This document shows positions 1 to 10,125 of a stretch of DNA of 41,033 nucleotides, one piece after another. How positions within the stretch are numbered: the first letter of the stretch is position 1; each line of letters begins with the position of its first letter. The position numbers were made by a program, and so were the translations under genes. Below the pieces are notes generated by a model that was given only the letters and a program-made list of their open reading frames with translations, was not told the DNA's origin and did not search any database. Source of the stretch: Candidatus Poribacteria bacterium. Its GTDB lineage: Bacteria > Poribacteria > WGA-4E > JAJRTO01. The stretch is taken from assembly GCA_024278235.1 (NCBI GenBank), contig JAJRTO010000046.1, forward strand, positions 1-41,033, in the 5' to 3' direction.

Positions 1-5
1 CACAT

Positions 6-35
6 TTGACACCTCTATGTCAACACTTTTTTGCA
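6..35 (-). promoter_or_regulatory. Sigma70-like -35 element (TTGACA) with A-rich upstream tract, pointing off the left edge; lies within a TTGACA-N6-TGTCAA dyad
   Basis: Minus strand reads AAAAAAGTGTTGACATAGAGGTGTCAAATGTG; TTGACA at 23-18; a -10 box at 17-nt spacing would lie just outside the window. Confidence 0.45.
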
Positions 36-50
36 TCTTCGACACCCGAT

Positions 51-137
51 AAACCCAGATGGCATCTGGGTTTGGAAGGTTTCCGGAACCAAAATTACAC
101 GCGAAAATACCTTTAAACCCACGCCACATCTAGGTTT
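51..137. repeat. Two related 23-bp dyad sites AAACCCA-N5-CATCTRGGTTT (51-73, 115-137)
   Basis: 51-73 aaacccagatggcatctgggttt is a perfect 11-bp inverted repeat around one base; 115-137 aaacccacgccacatctaggttt matches it at 17/23 positions. Confidence 0.55.
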
Positions 138-252
138 CTGGACACTTTTGCCCCATTGGAAGACCATCACAGAGCTGAGGTTCGGAAACCTGATTCATAG
201 AAGTTGGATGGACGATTTCTTAAAATTCCTCGGTTTATGTACCGGACAGGTT

Positions 253-1311
253 CTAAGGACTAATCCAAATGCGCCCTTGTTCATCCGGAATGATCTCGCC
301 AATGTTAGCGGCAATGAGCACATCGGGCCGCTGCAGTGCAGTCAACAGCGCATCGCAACGGTCCGGCGACACTGCCATCAATAGACCGCCGGAGGTCTGG
401 GCATCGCACAGTACCAATTTCTCGACTTCCGAGATAGCATCATCCCACATTATCGAATCCTCGATGTACTCCATGTTCGCATAAGATCCGCCGGGGATGT
501 AATCCTCATGTGCGAGTTCCCATACGCCTTCGATGACAGGGACTTCACTCAGTTTGATCCGCGCGCCGACTTTGCTTGCACGGGTCATCTCACGAAGATG
601 CCCTAGCAATCCAAAACCCGTTACATCTGTGGCTGCACGCACACCCACCGATATCATGGCTTCACTGGCTCCCCGGTTGAGGTGCGCCATGATGTCAATC
701 GCTCGTTGCGCGACTTCCGCCGAAGCGACATCGTTCTTGACGCCCGTGCTGATGATCCCGGTGCCAATCGGTTTGGTGAGGATAAGACGATCACCGACTT
801 GGGCCCCAGTGTTTCTGATGACCTTCGTTGGATGGACCTCTCCAACGAGCACCAGTCCATATTTGGGTTCGTCATCATCGATTGTATGCCCACCAACGAT
901 AAAGATACCCGCTTCCCGGGCTTTGTCAGCGCCTCCCTGCAAGATCTCCCGCAGGATATCGTAGGGCAAGTCTGGTGAGTTCGCAGGGAAACCGACAACG
1001 TTCAGTGCCATGAGCGGCCGGGCCCCCATCGCGTAAATATCACTCAGACTATTGGCAGCGGCAACCTGCCCAAACTCGTAGGGCGAATCGACAACGGGCG
1101 TGAAGTAATCCAACGTTACGACGAATGCTTGGTCTTCATTCAGTTGATACACTGCAGCATCATCGGCGGTTTCTGTACCAACGAGGACCTTTGAATCATC
1201 AACAACGGGCAAATGACGCAGAACCTGCGCCTCCAGATCCCCTGGATTTAACTTGCATGCTCACCCAGACTTATGGCTGAAGGAAGTCAGCTTGATCTTT
1301 TTGTGGGTCAC
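253..1311 (-). CDS. selD: Selenide, water dikinase SelD (selenophosphate synthetase), selenocysteine-containing
   Basis: ORF 253-1212 has SelD motifs (DDAAVY, TLDYFTPVVD, ANSLSDIYAMG, GGHT, TDVTGFGLLGHL, DAQTSGGLL). The frame extends upstream through an in-frame TGA (1263-1261), giving MTHKKIKLTSFSHKSG-U-ACKLNP from GTG 1311. Confidence 0.95.
1232..1246 (-). promoter_or_regulatory. Putative bacterial SECIS hairpin
   Basis: mRNA UCCAG-GGGAU-CUGGA: 5-bp stem with G-rich apical loop, starting 14 nt after the Sec UGA. Confidence 0.65.
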
Positions 1312-1501
1312 GACAGTTCTTCTTTCTTTTGTGCACTCATACTCCGACTTGATCGTCGCCCATATCATCGGGAGTTTCTCAGACGGCTCGATAGCCAGGA
1401 AAAGCTCCAGATTTTAGATCTCCGGGTGATATTGCCATGATCATGAGTTACCACCCGTGTCCAACTATCGTTTAGTGTATCAGCTTTGCCCGTTGAATGC
1501 A

Positions 1502-1544
1502 ACACAAATATGGCAGGTGTTCCACAACACACAAATATGGCAGG
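1502..1544. repeat. 16-bp perfect direct repeat ACACAAATATGGCAGG x2 (27-bp period) in the divergent selD/mtaA intergenic region
   Basis: Copies at 1502-1517 and 1529-1544. Confidence 0.8.
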
Positions 1545-1630
1545 AATCAGGAATGCAAATATCATTGACCCCGGAGCGAAAGGTTGCTAGAATGATCTCA
1601 CGTTGTCGGTCGGACACAGGAGACAGTGAC

Positions 1631-2659
1631 ATGCAAATAGACTACAAGATGACATCCAAGCGCAGGTTCCTATCGGGTATCCTGGGTGGTCGAGTCGACC
1701 GTCCACCCGTAGCGAGTGTAACCTCAGTCGCCAACATCGAGCAGATGGAGATGACCGGTGCCTTCTTTCCGGACGCGCATCTGGATGGTGAAAAAATGGC
1801 GCGTCTTGCCGCTGGTGCGCATGAGTATCTGGGGTATGATGCCATCATGCCCTATTTCAGCGTCCAGGCCGAGGCTGCTGCTCTCGGATGTGAAATGGAC
1901 TGGGGGGATATGGAAAACATGCCGGTGGAGCGTTCTCATCCCTGGTCTGAGCCTGAAGATGTGCGCATTCCCAACGATTTTCTCAAGGCCCCCTCGATCA
2001 AGGCCGTTCTGGATGCCCTGCGGATACTGCGAAGTGGATATGGTGATCAGGTCGCGATTGTCGGTAAGGTGATGGGCCCCTGGACGCTGGCGTATCACAT
2101 GCATGGCATCAACGACTTCTTACTGGAAACGCTCACCGAGCCAGACAAGATACGCCATTTCCTCGACAGACTCAAGGAGATCCCGGTACTGTTTGGTAGA
2201 GCACAGATGGAAGCGGGTGCGGATGTGCTCTGTCTGGCCGATCATGCCACGGGAGACCTGGTGAGCCCAACCATGTATCATGACTTTCTGTTGCCTTACC
2301 ACCAGGAGTTGACCCAGAGGCTCGGCTGCCCCATGGTACTGCATATCTGTGGTAACACGCTCGACAGGATGCACTCCATCTGCGAATCAGGATTCGACTG
2401 CTTCCACTTCGATTCCAAAGTCGATGCCCAGGATGCTATGGAGGTGATCGCCGGTCGGATATCGCTCATGGGCAACGTGAACAATCCTGAGATCCTTCTC
2501 AGTGGAACGCCTGAGCAGGTTGCCGAACAGACCCGATATGCGATGGAATCGGGAGTTCAGGTGATCGGGCCCGAATGTGCCATCCCACTGCAGACGCCTC
2601 TTGAGAATCTCAGGATGATCGCCCACATGGTGCAGACGGCAAGGGTGATCCATGAATGA
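1631..2659 (+). CDS. MtaA/CmuA family methyltransferase (uroporphyrinogen decarboxylase fold)
   Basis: PDAH..GEKMARLA, EAAALGC and MGPWTLA motifs; Zn ligands LHICG...PECA; MGNVNN; AGGAG RBS before ATG 1631. Confidence 0.85.
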   Translation: MQIDYKMTSKRRFLSGILGGRVDRPPVASVTSVANIEQMEMTGAFFPDAHLDGEKMARLAAGAHEYLGYDAIMPYFSVQAEAAALGCEMDWGDMENMPVERSHPWSEPEDVRIPNDFLKAPSIKAVLDALRILRSGYGDQVAIVGKVMGPWTLAYHMHGINDFLLETLTEPDKIRHFLDRLKEIPVLFGRAQMEAGADVLCLADHATGDLVSPTMYHDFLLPYHQELTQRLGCPMVLHICGNTLDRMHSICESGFDCFHFDSKVDAQDAMEVIAGRISLMGNVNNPEILLSGTPEQVAEQTRYAMESGVQVIGPECAIPLQTPLENLRMIAHMVQTARVIHE

Positions 2660-3551
2660 TGGACAGGTTTCCCGGATCCGCCTGCTGCTCAGCCTGGCGA
2701 TCGGCGTTGTGGCCATCTCGTTCGCAGCCGTTCTTATCCGCTTTGCACAGGCTGATGGTGTCCCGACTCTATCCATTGCCACATGGCGGCTCACCTTCAC
2801 CTCTCTTGTACTGCTGCCTTATGGCTGGTTCACTCATCGCAATGAGATCCGAGATCTCTCATCGCGGGAGTGGGTTCTGCTCATCGCATCCGGTATCTTC
2901 CTCGGACTCCACTTTGCCACGTGGATAGTATCGCTGGGATACACTTCTGTTACGAGTTCCGTGGTTCTGGTGTCCATGGGCCCTCTCTTCGTGGGGCTTG
3001 GCTCATGGATGTTTCTGAAAGAACGCCCGGGCTTTCGGGTGATCACCGGCATCATCATTGCGGCGACCGGCAGTATCATCATCAGTTGGAACGATTTCAG
3101 CAAAGGACAGGATCAACTGCTCGGCGATCTCCTGGCTCTGACAGGGGCCGTCATGATAGCAGGATATTTGATGATCGGTCGTCGAGTGCGCGCTCAACGT
3201 TCGTTGACAGCATATATCGCCCCCGTCTATGGCATCGCCATGCTCACCTTGCTCGTCATTGCGCTTGTTGGCAACCAACCGATGTTCGGCTTTCGAAGGT
3301 CTGCCTACGGCTGGATGCTGTTGCTCGGTTTAGTTCCTCAACTGATTGGGCATTCGACCCTGAACTGGGCGTTGCGTCATCTTACTGCCACCTATGTGTC
3401 ACTCATCACATTGAGCGAACCGTTGGGGTCGAGCGCGTTGGCCTATTTCATCCTCGGAGAGACGATTTCATGGCTCATTGCCGTCGGTGGTCTCCTGACT
3501 CTGGTGGGCATCGTCATCGCCTCCCGATCCGAGATTACCGATCCAGGATAA
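2652..3551 (+). CDS. DMT/EamA family transporter
   Basis: About 10 hydrophobic segments in two EamA repeats (LGLHFATW, GDLLAL.GA, PQLIGH, EPLGS). Confidence 0.9.
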   Translation: MNDGQVSRIRLLLSLAIGVVAISFAAVLIRFAQADGVPTLSIATWRLTFTSLVLLPYGWFTHRNEIRDLSSREWVLLIASGIFLGLHFATWIVSLGYTSVTSSVVLVSMGPLFVGLGSWMFLKERPGFRVITGIIIAATGSIIISWNDFSKGQDQLLGDLLALTGAVMIAGYLMIGRRVRAQRSLTAYIAPVYGIAMLTLLVIALVGNQPMFGFRRSAYGWMLLLGLVPQLIGHSTLNWALRHLTATYVSLITLSEPLGSSALAYFILGETISWLIAVGGLLTLVGIVIASRSEITDPG

Positions 3552-3556
3552 ACCTG

Positions 3557-3766
3557 ATGAACTTTTCATACAGCAGATCCATCTCTCAATGGACCGTCGA
3601 AAAGATCAGCGACCGTCTGGGCATATCAACCGCAATCTACCAGAGAAGTCGCTTGTGCGCTCGACATATCGCTGCAATACGGGGGATGGGAATCACCCGT
3701 ATCGAACTCTCGATCATCACCGGTTGTCTGGATTACAACGATCGGCGTCTCGCTGTCCATTCATGA
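3557..3766 (+). pseudogene. Probable truncated N-terminal fragment of a sugar phosphate isomerase/epimerase (xylose isomerase-like TIM barrel) gene
   Basis: 69-aa frame with RLGIST...IAAIRGMGITRIEL, the typical first beta-alpha-beta of that family, ending just before the terminator. Confidence 0.4.
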
Positions 3767-3798
3767 GACAGCTCCTGGCATTTGACATCACAGAACAG

Positions 3799-3840
3799 AA
3801 AAAACGCTGGCATCCTCGAAAGCATGCCAGCGTTTTTTTT
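3799..3840. terminator. Bidirectional rho-independent terminator
   Basis: A6-CGCTGGCAT-loop-ATGCCAGCG-T8 between convergent genes. Confidence 0.9.
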
Positions 3841-3855
3841 GGTCGTTCAAGCGGA

Positions 3856-6800
3856 TTAGTTGCCTTCATGCACCTCAAGTGATTTCAGGTACACGAAGAT
3901 CTCCGTGTAACGCTTCTCAGCGTAGTCACGGGCTTGTTGTACTTGCTCATAGGGAGCCGGCTTATTGATGGGATACTTGTCGAGTAGATACTTGTAAGCT
4001 TCCATCGCCTTTTCCCAATTCTCCATCACAACGTAGCTCTCGGCAATTTGGATATAGCCGATATCGGCCAGGGGAGCATTTGGGAATTGCTCCGCAAGGT
4101 CTTCGAAGACCTTGATGACATCCATGAGCTTCTGGTTCCGTGCTTCATCTGCGAGGAGTTTCGCACTGTCGAGCATATCCTTACCACGCGTATAGATGTC
4201 GCGTGTGAGCAGATCTTCAGTCTCGACAATGTACTCTTTCGCCAGACGCTGAGATTCCGGCTTGATCCCGGGCAGTTCAGAAGCACGCTGATAGGCTTCC
4301 AACGCGAGACGATAGAACCGTTCTCGCTCCTCAGAGGAAATGTCCGTGTTCGAGCCCTGATTGAAGTAGTTGTTCCCGACATTGATGAAGGCATCCGGTG
4401 CATACTGGCTATCGGGATATTCATTTGCCAGGATCTCATTCAACTCATAGACCTTGCTCAGGTTTGCATCCCGGTTCTTAACATCACCCTGGGATTCCGC
4501 CATGTCTGCTATCAGTTGATAACAGGTCGCCATCGCGTAGAGGGAATCCGCAGCGCTTTCGTGCTGAACATCCATCTGCCGCACCTTTTCGTACTCCTGG
4601 ATGGCTGTCACATAATCCTGGGCAGCATAAAAGGATTCCCCTGCCTGGTATTGCCACAGAGGAGCGTCTTCGTCTTTCGGGAAACGACGCACGAGATCCT
4701 TGAACGTAGCAGCCGCCTGATTGAAGATCATGGGATCCAGTTCAGCCATACGCGCCAGTTCAAAGTACGATGAACCGACATAGGTGAGGGCATCCCGGAC
4801 GTTTTTCTGGATCTCCGAATCCTGGGCAACGCCCTTGAAATATCCCTGATCCGCAAGTTTCACGAAAGTCTCGAGAAGCGGGATCGCATTTTGCAGATCG
4901 GACTGGAATCGGAGGAAGTAGTAAAGCTGACCCGACTGGAACAACGAGTGCATCACAAAGGCTCGTGAACTTTGCTCGAGCTGATCCAGAGGCTGGGCCA
5001 ATTCATAAATCTGGGCATAAGCACTCGCGGTCTCACGGACAGAGTTCTTGTATTCTTCCGTGGGAACCTGATTTTGCAGGCTCTGCCTTATTTTGTCTGT
5101 CTTCAGAGCAAGCATATAGGACAATTGATACTGCGCTTGCAGTTTCTGAGCGATGGGGATGTTGGCATCCGCAAGAGCCATATCCCTTGCCTTTTGGGCC
5201 TCCGTAATTGCAGCTTCCAGGTTGCCCGTCTTGATCAACAGATCGGAACGACGTACCATCGCATCGGAAACCATGTCGCGGATGGTGCTGTGCTGACTAC
5301 CCGAATACTCTGAAACCAGATTGGTGAATGCTTGCAGTGCATTCTGCGTTTCGTTCAGGTTGTTCTGGTAGATGAGTCCCATACGATAGTAGGACTGTGC
5401 GCGTGTCAGTTCATCCTGGGATGTTTCGATAGCCTTCTGATAATTCACCACAGCTTAGTCGTAGTTCTGGAGCTGATCATCATAGGCATAAGCGATAGCA
5501 AAATAGGATGCACCAAGCGTCTGCGCATCGGTGGAATTGGCAATCAGATACTAATACTCGCGAATAGCTTCGGGGTGTTTCCCTTGACTCGCATAGAGTT
5601 CCGCCAGTTGAGTATGCGCCTGATAGACAATCGGTTTGCGATCCTCTTTTGTGACCTGATCCTCAAACCCGATGACCTTCTGGAACGCTGCTGTCGCGGC
5701 AGAGACATCCTGGAGTCGAAAATAAGCAAGCCCCTGGGTATAGTAGATACTCACGGACATATCGGCGTCGAGCTTGCCTTTGGTCGCTTCATCAGCAGCG
5801 GCGGCGGCGGCACGATAGTGGGCGCCTTTACCGCTGGATCCGTGGCGGCTTCCCCTTGCTTGAATTCACACACCGCAATCTGATAGTAAGCGATGGGGAC
5901 ATTCTCACTCGTTGGGAAATCCTCGATGAGTTTGCGATATTCGGGGACGGCTTCCGCAAAGCGATCCGCACCAAACAGGATGTGACCGATCTTCAATTGA
6001 GCGACCGCACGGGATTCTTCCTGAATCGTTGGCGTTCCAACCACCTTACGCAAACCTGCAACCAGGGCATCCGCAATTTCCGCTGAATCCTGGGTGGCCT
6101 CCATCGCCTCAATACGCCGGACTTCAATTTCGGCAAGACGTGTACGGACCTTGGAGTCTTCGATATCCCCGAATTGTGCGTTTGCGGCATCCGAAATCTC
6201 GATCACTTTCGCCCAGTGCACAGGGTCATTGACTGCGAGTTCCTTGTAGGCAAGTATCTGACCGAAGTAGGCCTCGACGACATTGGGACTTTCGGGGTAA
6301 TTATCAATCACTAACTGGAAGGCAGCCAGTGCTTTCTGCATGTCCTCCGGCGACTTCTGTCCACGCTCGCCAATGCTGTAGTAGCACAGACCGACCAGAT
6401 ACTGAGCGTCATCAGCGAATTCGCCCTGAGGGTTACGAGCGACAACAGCCGCGTACTGGTCTGCTGCTTCGTTATAACGTTCCTGATTCCTCAGCAGATC
6501 CGCGAGTTTGATCTCAGCAAGGGATTTGGTATCCGCTGAGAAACTATTATCAGTGAGTACCTGTTGATATTTCTCGATGCCTTTGGAGGCATTGCCTTCC
6601 TGCACAAACGTCTCTGCGGTCAGCAACTGAACACGTTCGTAATTGTCATAACCAGGCTGGAACTTGGCATACACATCCCGTGCATTTTGCCATTCCTTCA
6701 GCTTCTCATAAGTGAGCGCTTGATTGAGCAGACAGTTCTCGACCATCTGGGCCCGCTCTGGGAAATCCTGGCTCATGTCGAAATTAACGAGGAACTTGTC

Positions 6801-8489
6801 AACGGCTTCTTCATATGCTGCCACTGATTTCCGGAGATACTCCTCGTTGAATGCAACGTCTTTGTCATCTTCCTCGTAACCTTCCGGTTTTGCAAGGTTA
6901 TAGTAGGAAAGACCTTGCTGGAATTTTGCACTGAGTTTGAGCAGATGGAACTGAGGAAGATCACGGTAATCAGCCCAAACCTTCGCATATTCAGCCGCGG
7001 CGATCTCATAGTGTTTCACAGCCGTGGCGTAGTCCCCATCTTTCAGGGCATCCCCTGCGATCTGGAACTGGATATCTCCGAGTTTGGTCTGGATTTCCGC
7101 AGCTTGTAATGCGAAGTCTTCATCATCCTTGCGCTTCGCGATGAATTCCGCACCAACGCGTTGGACTTCATCGTTCCGCCCCATTTCGCTCAGGGTCCAG
7201 ATAGCACCGTAAAGTGCGTGAGGCGTGAATTGATCGTTCGGATATTCGTCGAGAACACGCTGATACCATGTGAGACCGGTTGCGAAGGCTTCCTGATCGT
7301 CTGTCGTGCGACCTAACTGGTAATAGCCTTCACCAATCTGGAAGATGGCATAGGGAACATATTCCGGCGGGTCGCTATGGTCATCGAGGAACTGCTTGTA
7401 GGAGGCAATCGATTCATTCCATGATTCGAGCTTGAAGTAACTATCCCCGATGCCGATCTTTGCCTCTGGAATGTGCGGGCTCTGAGGATACTCGTTCAGG
7501 AGTGTCTGATATGCCACCACCGCGTTCTGGAAGTCCCCTTCATCGAAATACACCCGGGCAATTTCATTCTGTATTTCTGAACGAAGCTCCGGATTGTTGG
7601 TATTTTGAAGGGCCAGTTCGTAGTTCTGGCGGGCATTATCATAATCTTTTTGCTTGGCGTAGATCGCGCCGAGGTCGAAATAGGCAGCCGTGACGAATTG
7701 ACTCTGGGGAAATTCTGAAATGAACTCATTGTAACGGTCGATTGCCGACTGGTCATTTCCGAGCATACGTTCGCAGAACGCCGCCTTATAACGAGCTTCT
7801 GGCTGCAGATCCTTGAAGATACGGAACTCTTCACTCGCAAGACGGTCAAATTCGATCCGTGCTTGTTCGTAGTTATCTTCCTTCAGGAAGGACTGGGCGA
7901 TCAACTGCTGAGCATCATCTTTGTATTCAGAGTTCGGAAAATTATCCAGGATCTCTTTGAAACCTTTACGGGCTTGCGGATAGTCTTCGATCTGGAAATT
8001 CAGCTTCCCGAGAGCATACCAGGCATTCTCAACAAAGATGCTTTGTGGGAAGTTGTCGATCAGTTCCTGGAATTTTGGGCGAGCTTCTTCATACATATCC
8101 TGTCGGAATAGGATATGGCCCCACAGGTAGATGATACCTTCCCGATGCTTAGGAACCGTAGCCGTTTGGTAGATCTCCTTGATGATGTCCTCCGCCTGGG
8201 AATACAGCGATATGTCCCCCTGCTGAGCCCAGTTGGCATACGAAACAGCGATACGGTACTTCGCCAGTGTGGTGAAGTCCTCGTCGATCACCTTGGTGTC
8301 AACCAGGGGCTTCGTGCTCTCCTCAAGAGCTTCTTCATATTTTGCGATCGCTTCACTGAAGTTACCGGCCTGGCGCAATGTTTCTGCCTCATTATAGAGG
8401 TCTTCGACCCTCTTGGAACTTCCTGTGGGCCAAAACAGAACGACAGCAAGAGCGATACCTGCAACGATTCCCAGTATTTTGGGATTCAT
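3856..8489 (-). pseudogene. Giant membrane-anchored TPR (BamD/CpoB-like repeat) protein of ~1,544 aa, interrupted by a 1-nt frameshift (~5820-5865) and in-frame TAG (5553-5551) and TAA (5457-5455); pseudogene or local sequence errors
   Basis: ORFs 5751-8489, 5551-5760 and 3856-5451 join into continuous TPR sequence: ...DPAVK/AHYRAAAAAADEA...AIREY*YLIANS...LQNYD*AVVNYQKA; N-terminal TM MNPKILGIVAGIALAVVLFW. Confidence 0.8.
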
Positions 8490-8578
8490 AGCAACGATAC
8501 TCCTTTCATCAAATCCTTTTGATCTCGAATTGCAGATGACGGGCTAAGAAATCCCGGTTCCGCATTCCGAATTGGTAG

Positions 8579-9475
8579 TTATTGGTTCGTCCGATCCTCG
8601 ATCACGAGATTCGTGGGGGAAGCCACTGGATAAACCAGACGATCCAGTAGATCAGCAAAAACATAACCCTGGCGTATCCTCGATGGTGCCACAGGTTCAT
8701 CGAAGTTACGCGGTAACATAACAACGGTTGGATTCGTCGTCGGCATAGTGACTTCCCGCAGCGGAACCTCCTCAGATTCTGCGTTTGCCGAACCAACGAT
8801 GTCCAGTGTACCTACAAAAAGCAGTTTGCCGTCCTTCAATTCGACGGCACGTACTTCCATACCTTCGGAATGCTCTATCGGTAGAGGTGCGACAAATCCG
8901 TAGGCCCGATGATCGCTGATCTCATCACCCTTCAACCTGTCCGCAGCTTGTCCCATCAACTGAAGTCCCCGTCGGCTGAGCGATTGGCCGGAATCGGACA
9001 CAGAAGCTGGGGCATAAGCCGTGTCAGTCACCAGAGCTTTCCGAATCATCCCCGGGAGATTAGGCCGGTAATAGTAGCGATCAACCCATATCCCTGCAAA
9101 TATCAGAAGAATGACCGTGACGAGTGTCTGTAAACGTCGTTGCCATCCCCCTGCATCCATCACATCAAACCACGTCGCCTGCCAAGCACGGACTTGCAGC
9201 ATAATGGACCCGAACGTCCGCTGCCACCAATGGCGAGCGACCTCCTGCTCTAACTTGTCCAGCAGTTGCGATTGCAGATCCTCCAATCTCTCTGATGAGA
9301 TCGATTCCATCCGTCCAGAGGCACGAATCAGATCAATGGTCAGTTCGAGCGCGTTTCGTTCGTCTGCACACACACGGCATTCCCGTATGTGCTTCTCGAT
9401 CTGACGGGATGCCTCCTCCGGGAGAATCCCATCCAGGTAATCCGATAATTGTCGTTGGATTTTCTCACATTGCAT
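8579..9475 (-). CDS. Anti-sigma factor with N-terminal zf-HC2 (ZAS) domain and one TM helix
   Basis: MQC..IQ..LSDYLDG.L...IEKHIRECRVC (HxxxCxxC); TM LVTVILLIFAGIWV; directly downstream of the ECF sigma; GAGG RBS. Confidence 0.9.
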   Translation of the reverse strand: MQCEKIQRQLSDYLDGILPEEASRQIEKHIRECRVCADERNALELTIDLIRASGRMESISSERLEDLQSQLLDKLEQEVARHWWQRTFGSIMLQVRAWQATWFDVMDAGGWQRRLQTLVTVILLIFAGIWVDRYYYRPNLPGMIRKALVTDTAYAPASVSDSGQSLSRRGLQLMGQAADRLKGDEISDHRAYGFVAPLPIEHSEGMEVRAVELKDGKLLFVGTLDIVGSANAESEEVPLREVTMPTTNPTVVMLPRNFDEPVAPSRIRQGYVFADLLDRLVYPVASPTNLVIEDRTNQ

Positions 9476-9516
9476 CTTGCTGTCCTCTGATCCGTTCACC
9501 ACACGGCGTTCACAGC

Positions 9517-10068
9517 TCAACATTCCGTATAGGGGCGTAAGAAGATCTGTAGCCGCTTGCGTGCATAGTGAAGTCTGGAACGCACTGTGCCTTCTGAGCA
9601 CTGAAGGATCGACGCAATCTCTGCATGCGTCAACCCTTCTAATTCATGAAGGATCACCACACTACGGTGGTGTGGTGACAAAGCATCGATGGCCTGACGT
9701 ACCCAATACTTGAGTTCTTTCTTTTCCAGCTTCTGATGGGGATCCTCGGCAGTTCTGCGGGGCATCGCCTCTAAAGCGGCTGCCTGATACTTAGCGCGCC
9801 GCTCAGATTTCTTGACAGCGTTGAGCGACAGATGAACCACAATGCGATACAACCACGTTTCAAAGGAGGATTCCTTGCGAAACTTACCGATAGACTGAGA
9901 CACCTTCAGAAATGTCTCCTGGAAGATATCCCCGGCGTCTTCGTGATCCCGGGTGATACGATAGGCCACACGATACACAAGGTGTTTGTACTTTTCGATG
10001 AGGATCTCCAGAGCCACCTGATCACCAGCCTGTACATGCTCTACCAGGATAGCATCTGCTTGTTCCAT
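9517..10068 (-). CDS. ECF RNA polymerase sigma factor (RpoE-like)
   Basis: DAGDIFQETFLKV, SFETWLYRI, EIASILQCSEGTVRSRLHYAR; GAGGAGG 9 nt before ATG 10068. Confidence 0.95.
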   Translation of the reverse strand: MEQADAILVEHVQAGDQVALEILIEKYKHLVYRVAYRITRDHEDAGDIFQETFLKVSQSIGKFRKESSFETWLYRIVVHLSLNAVKKSERRAKYQAAALEAMPRRTAEDPHQKLEKKELKYWVRQAIDALSPHHRSVVILHELEGLTHAEIASILQCSEGTVRSRLHYARKRLQIFLRPYTEC

Positions 10069-10094
10069 ACGAACCATCCTCCTCAACCACCATG

Positions 10095-10123
10095 TTAGAC
10101 AACACAGCAAGGCAAAGTGTTCA
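10095..10123 (-). promoter_or_regulatory. Putative ECF (sigmaE-type) autoregulatory promoter
   Basis: Minus strand TGAACAC-N16-GTCTAA just upstream of the sigma RBS. Confidence 0.6.
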
Positions 10124-10125
10124 AA

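Noticed and set aside
1308-1340. 10-aa upstream ORF (MSAQKKEELS) overlapping the selD GTG
   Set aside because: Too short to support, no well-spaced RBS and no regulatory codon pattern; may be chance.
1510-1560. Sigma54 promoter within the TGGCAGG repeats
   Set aside because: No GC at the required GG-N10-GC spacing.
2870-3556. 298-aa ORF overlapping the EamA gene
   Set aside because: Alternative frame of a real gene; only its last 69 aa beyond the EamA stop look protein-like.
5455-5553. Stop-codon reassignment or pyrrolysine read-through in the TPR gene
   Set aside because: Both TAG and TAA occur together with a frameshift, and other genes here terminate normally at TAG (selD, caspase) and TAA.
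8538-8561. Second ECF promoter (GGAAC-N15-CGTC) before the giant TPR gene
   Set aside because: Spacing and -10 differ from the better site at 10095-10123; too weak to call.
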